A DNA stretch of 64,000 nt, taken from the NCBI RefSeq assembly GCF_009914755.1, contig NC_060933.1; one strand, written 5' to 3'. The notes under the pieces are model-generated. The model was not told where the DNA came from, ran no database searches, and was given only the letters and a program-made list of their open reading frames with translations. Within the stretch, counting starts at the first letter, position 1; each line of letters starts with the position of its first letter. The stretch is from the human T2T-CHM13v2.0 reference genome, Homo sapiens. The position numbers and the translations under genes are program-made. This document shows positions 62,420-64,000 of the stretch, in pieces.

Positions 62420-64000
<1,581 letters not shown>

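Overview
Primate, most likely human, genomic DNA (Alu, THE1 and L1PA elements are present). It covers the 5' half of FREM1 (FRAS1-related extracellular matrix protein 1/QBRICK) on the minus strand. I traced 15 coding exons by hand. All have GT-AG boundaries and splice into one uninterrupted 2893-nt frame (aa 1 to ~965): signal peptide, N-terminal region with RGD at 199-201, then CSPG/cadherin-like repeats. The gene runs off both ends of the window. Almost all other ORFs in the track come from repeats or chance. The most unusual non-genic structures are: (1) a ~6.9-kb class I ERV with mRNA architecture (R-U5...U3-R, tail, 12-bp TSD at a TT/AAAA site), i.e. an L1-retroposed 'processed' ERV, whose U3 carries three octamer motifs and which contains a nested LTR8-like fragment; (2) a full-length U6 snRNA/L1 3'-end chimeric retrocopy with a 14-bp TSD; (3) an L1 fragment inserted 30 nt from an exon acceptor; (4) an ~870-bp purine/pyrimidine-alternating expansion grown inside an L1MA tail; (5) three uORFs in the first coding exon, one in frame with the CDS. 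I see no support for a wholly new gene or system. Repeat subfamily names are from recall and need RepeatMasker/Dfam confirmation.
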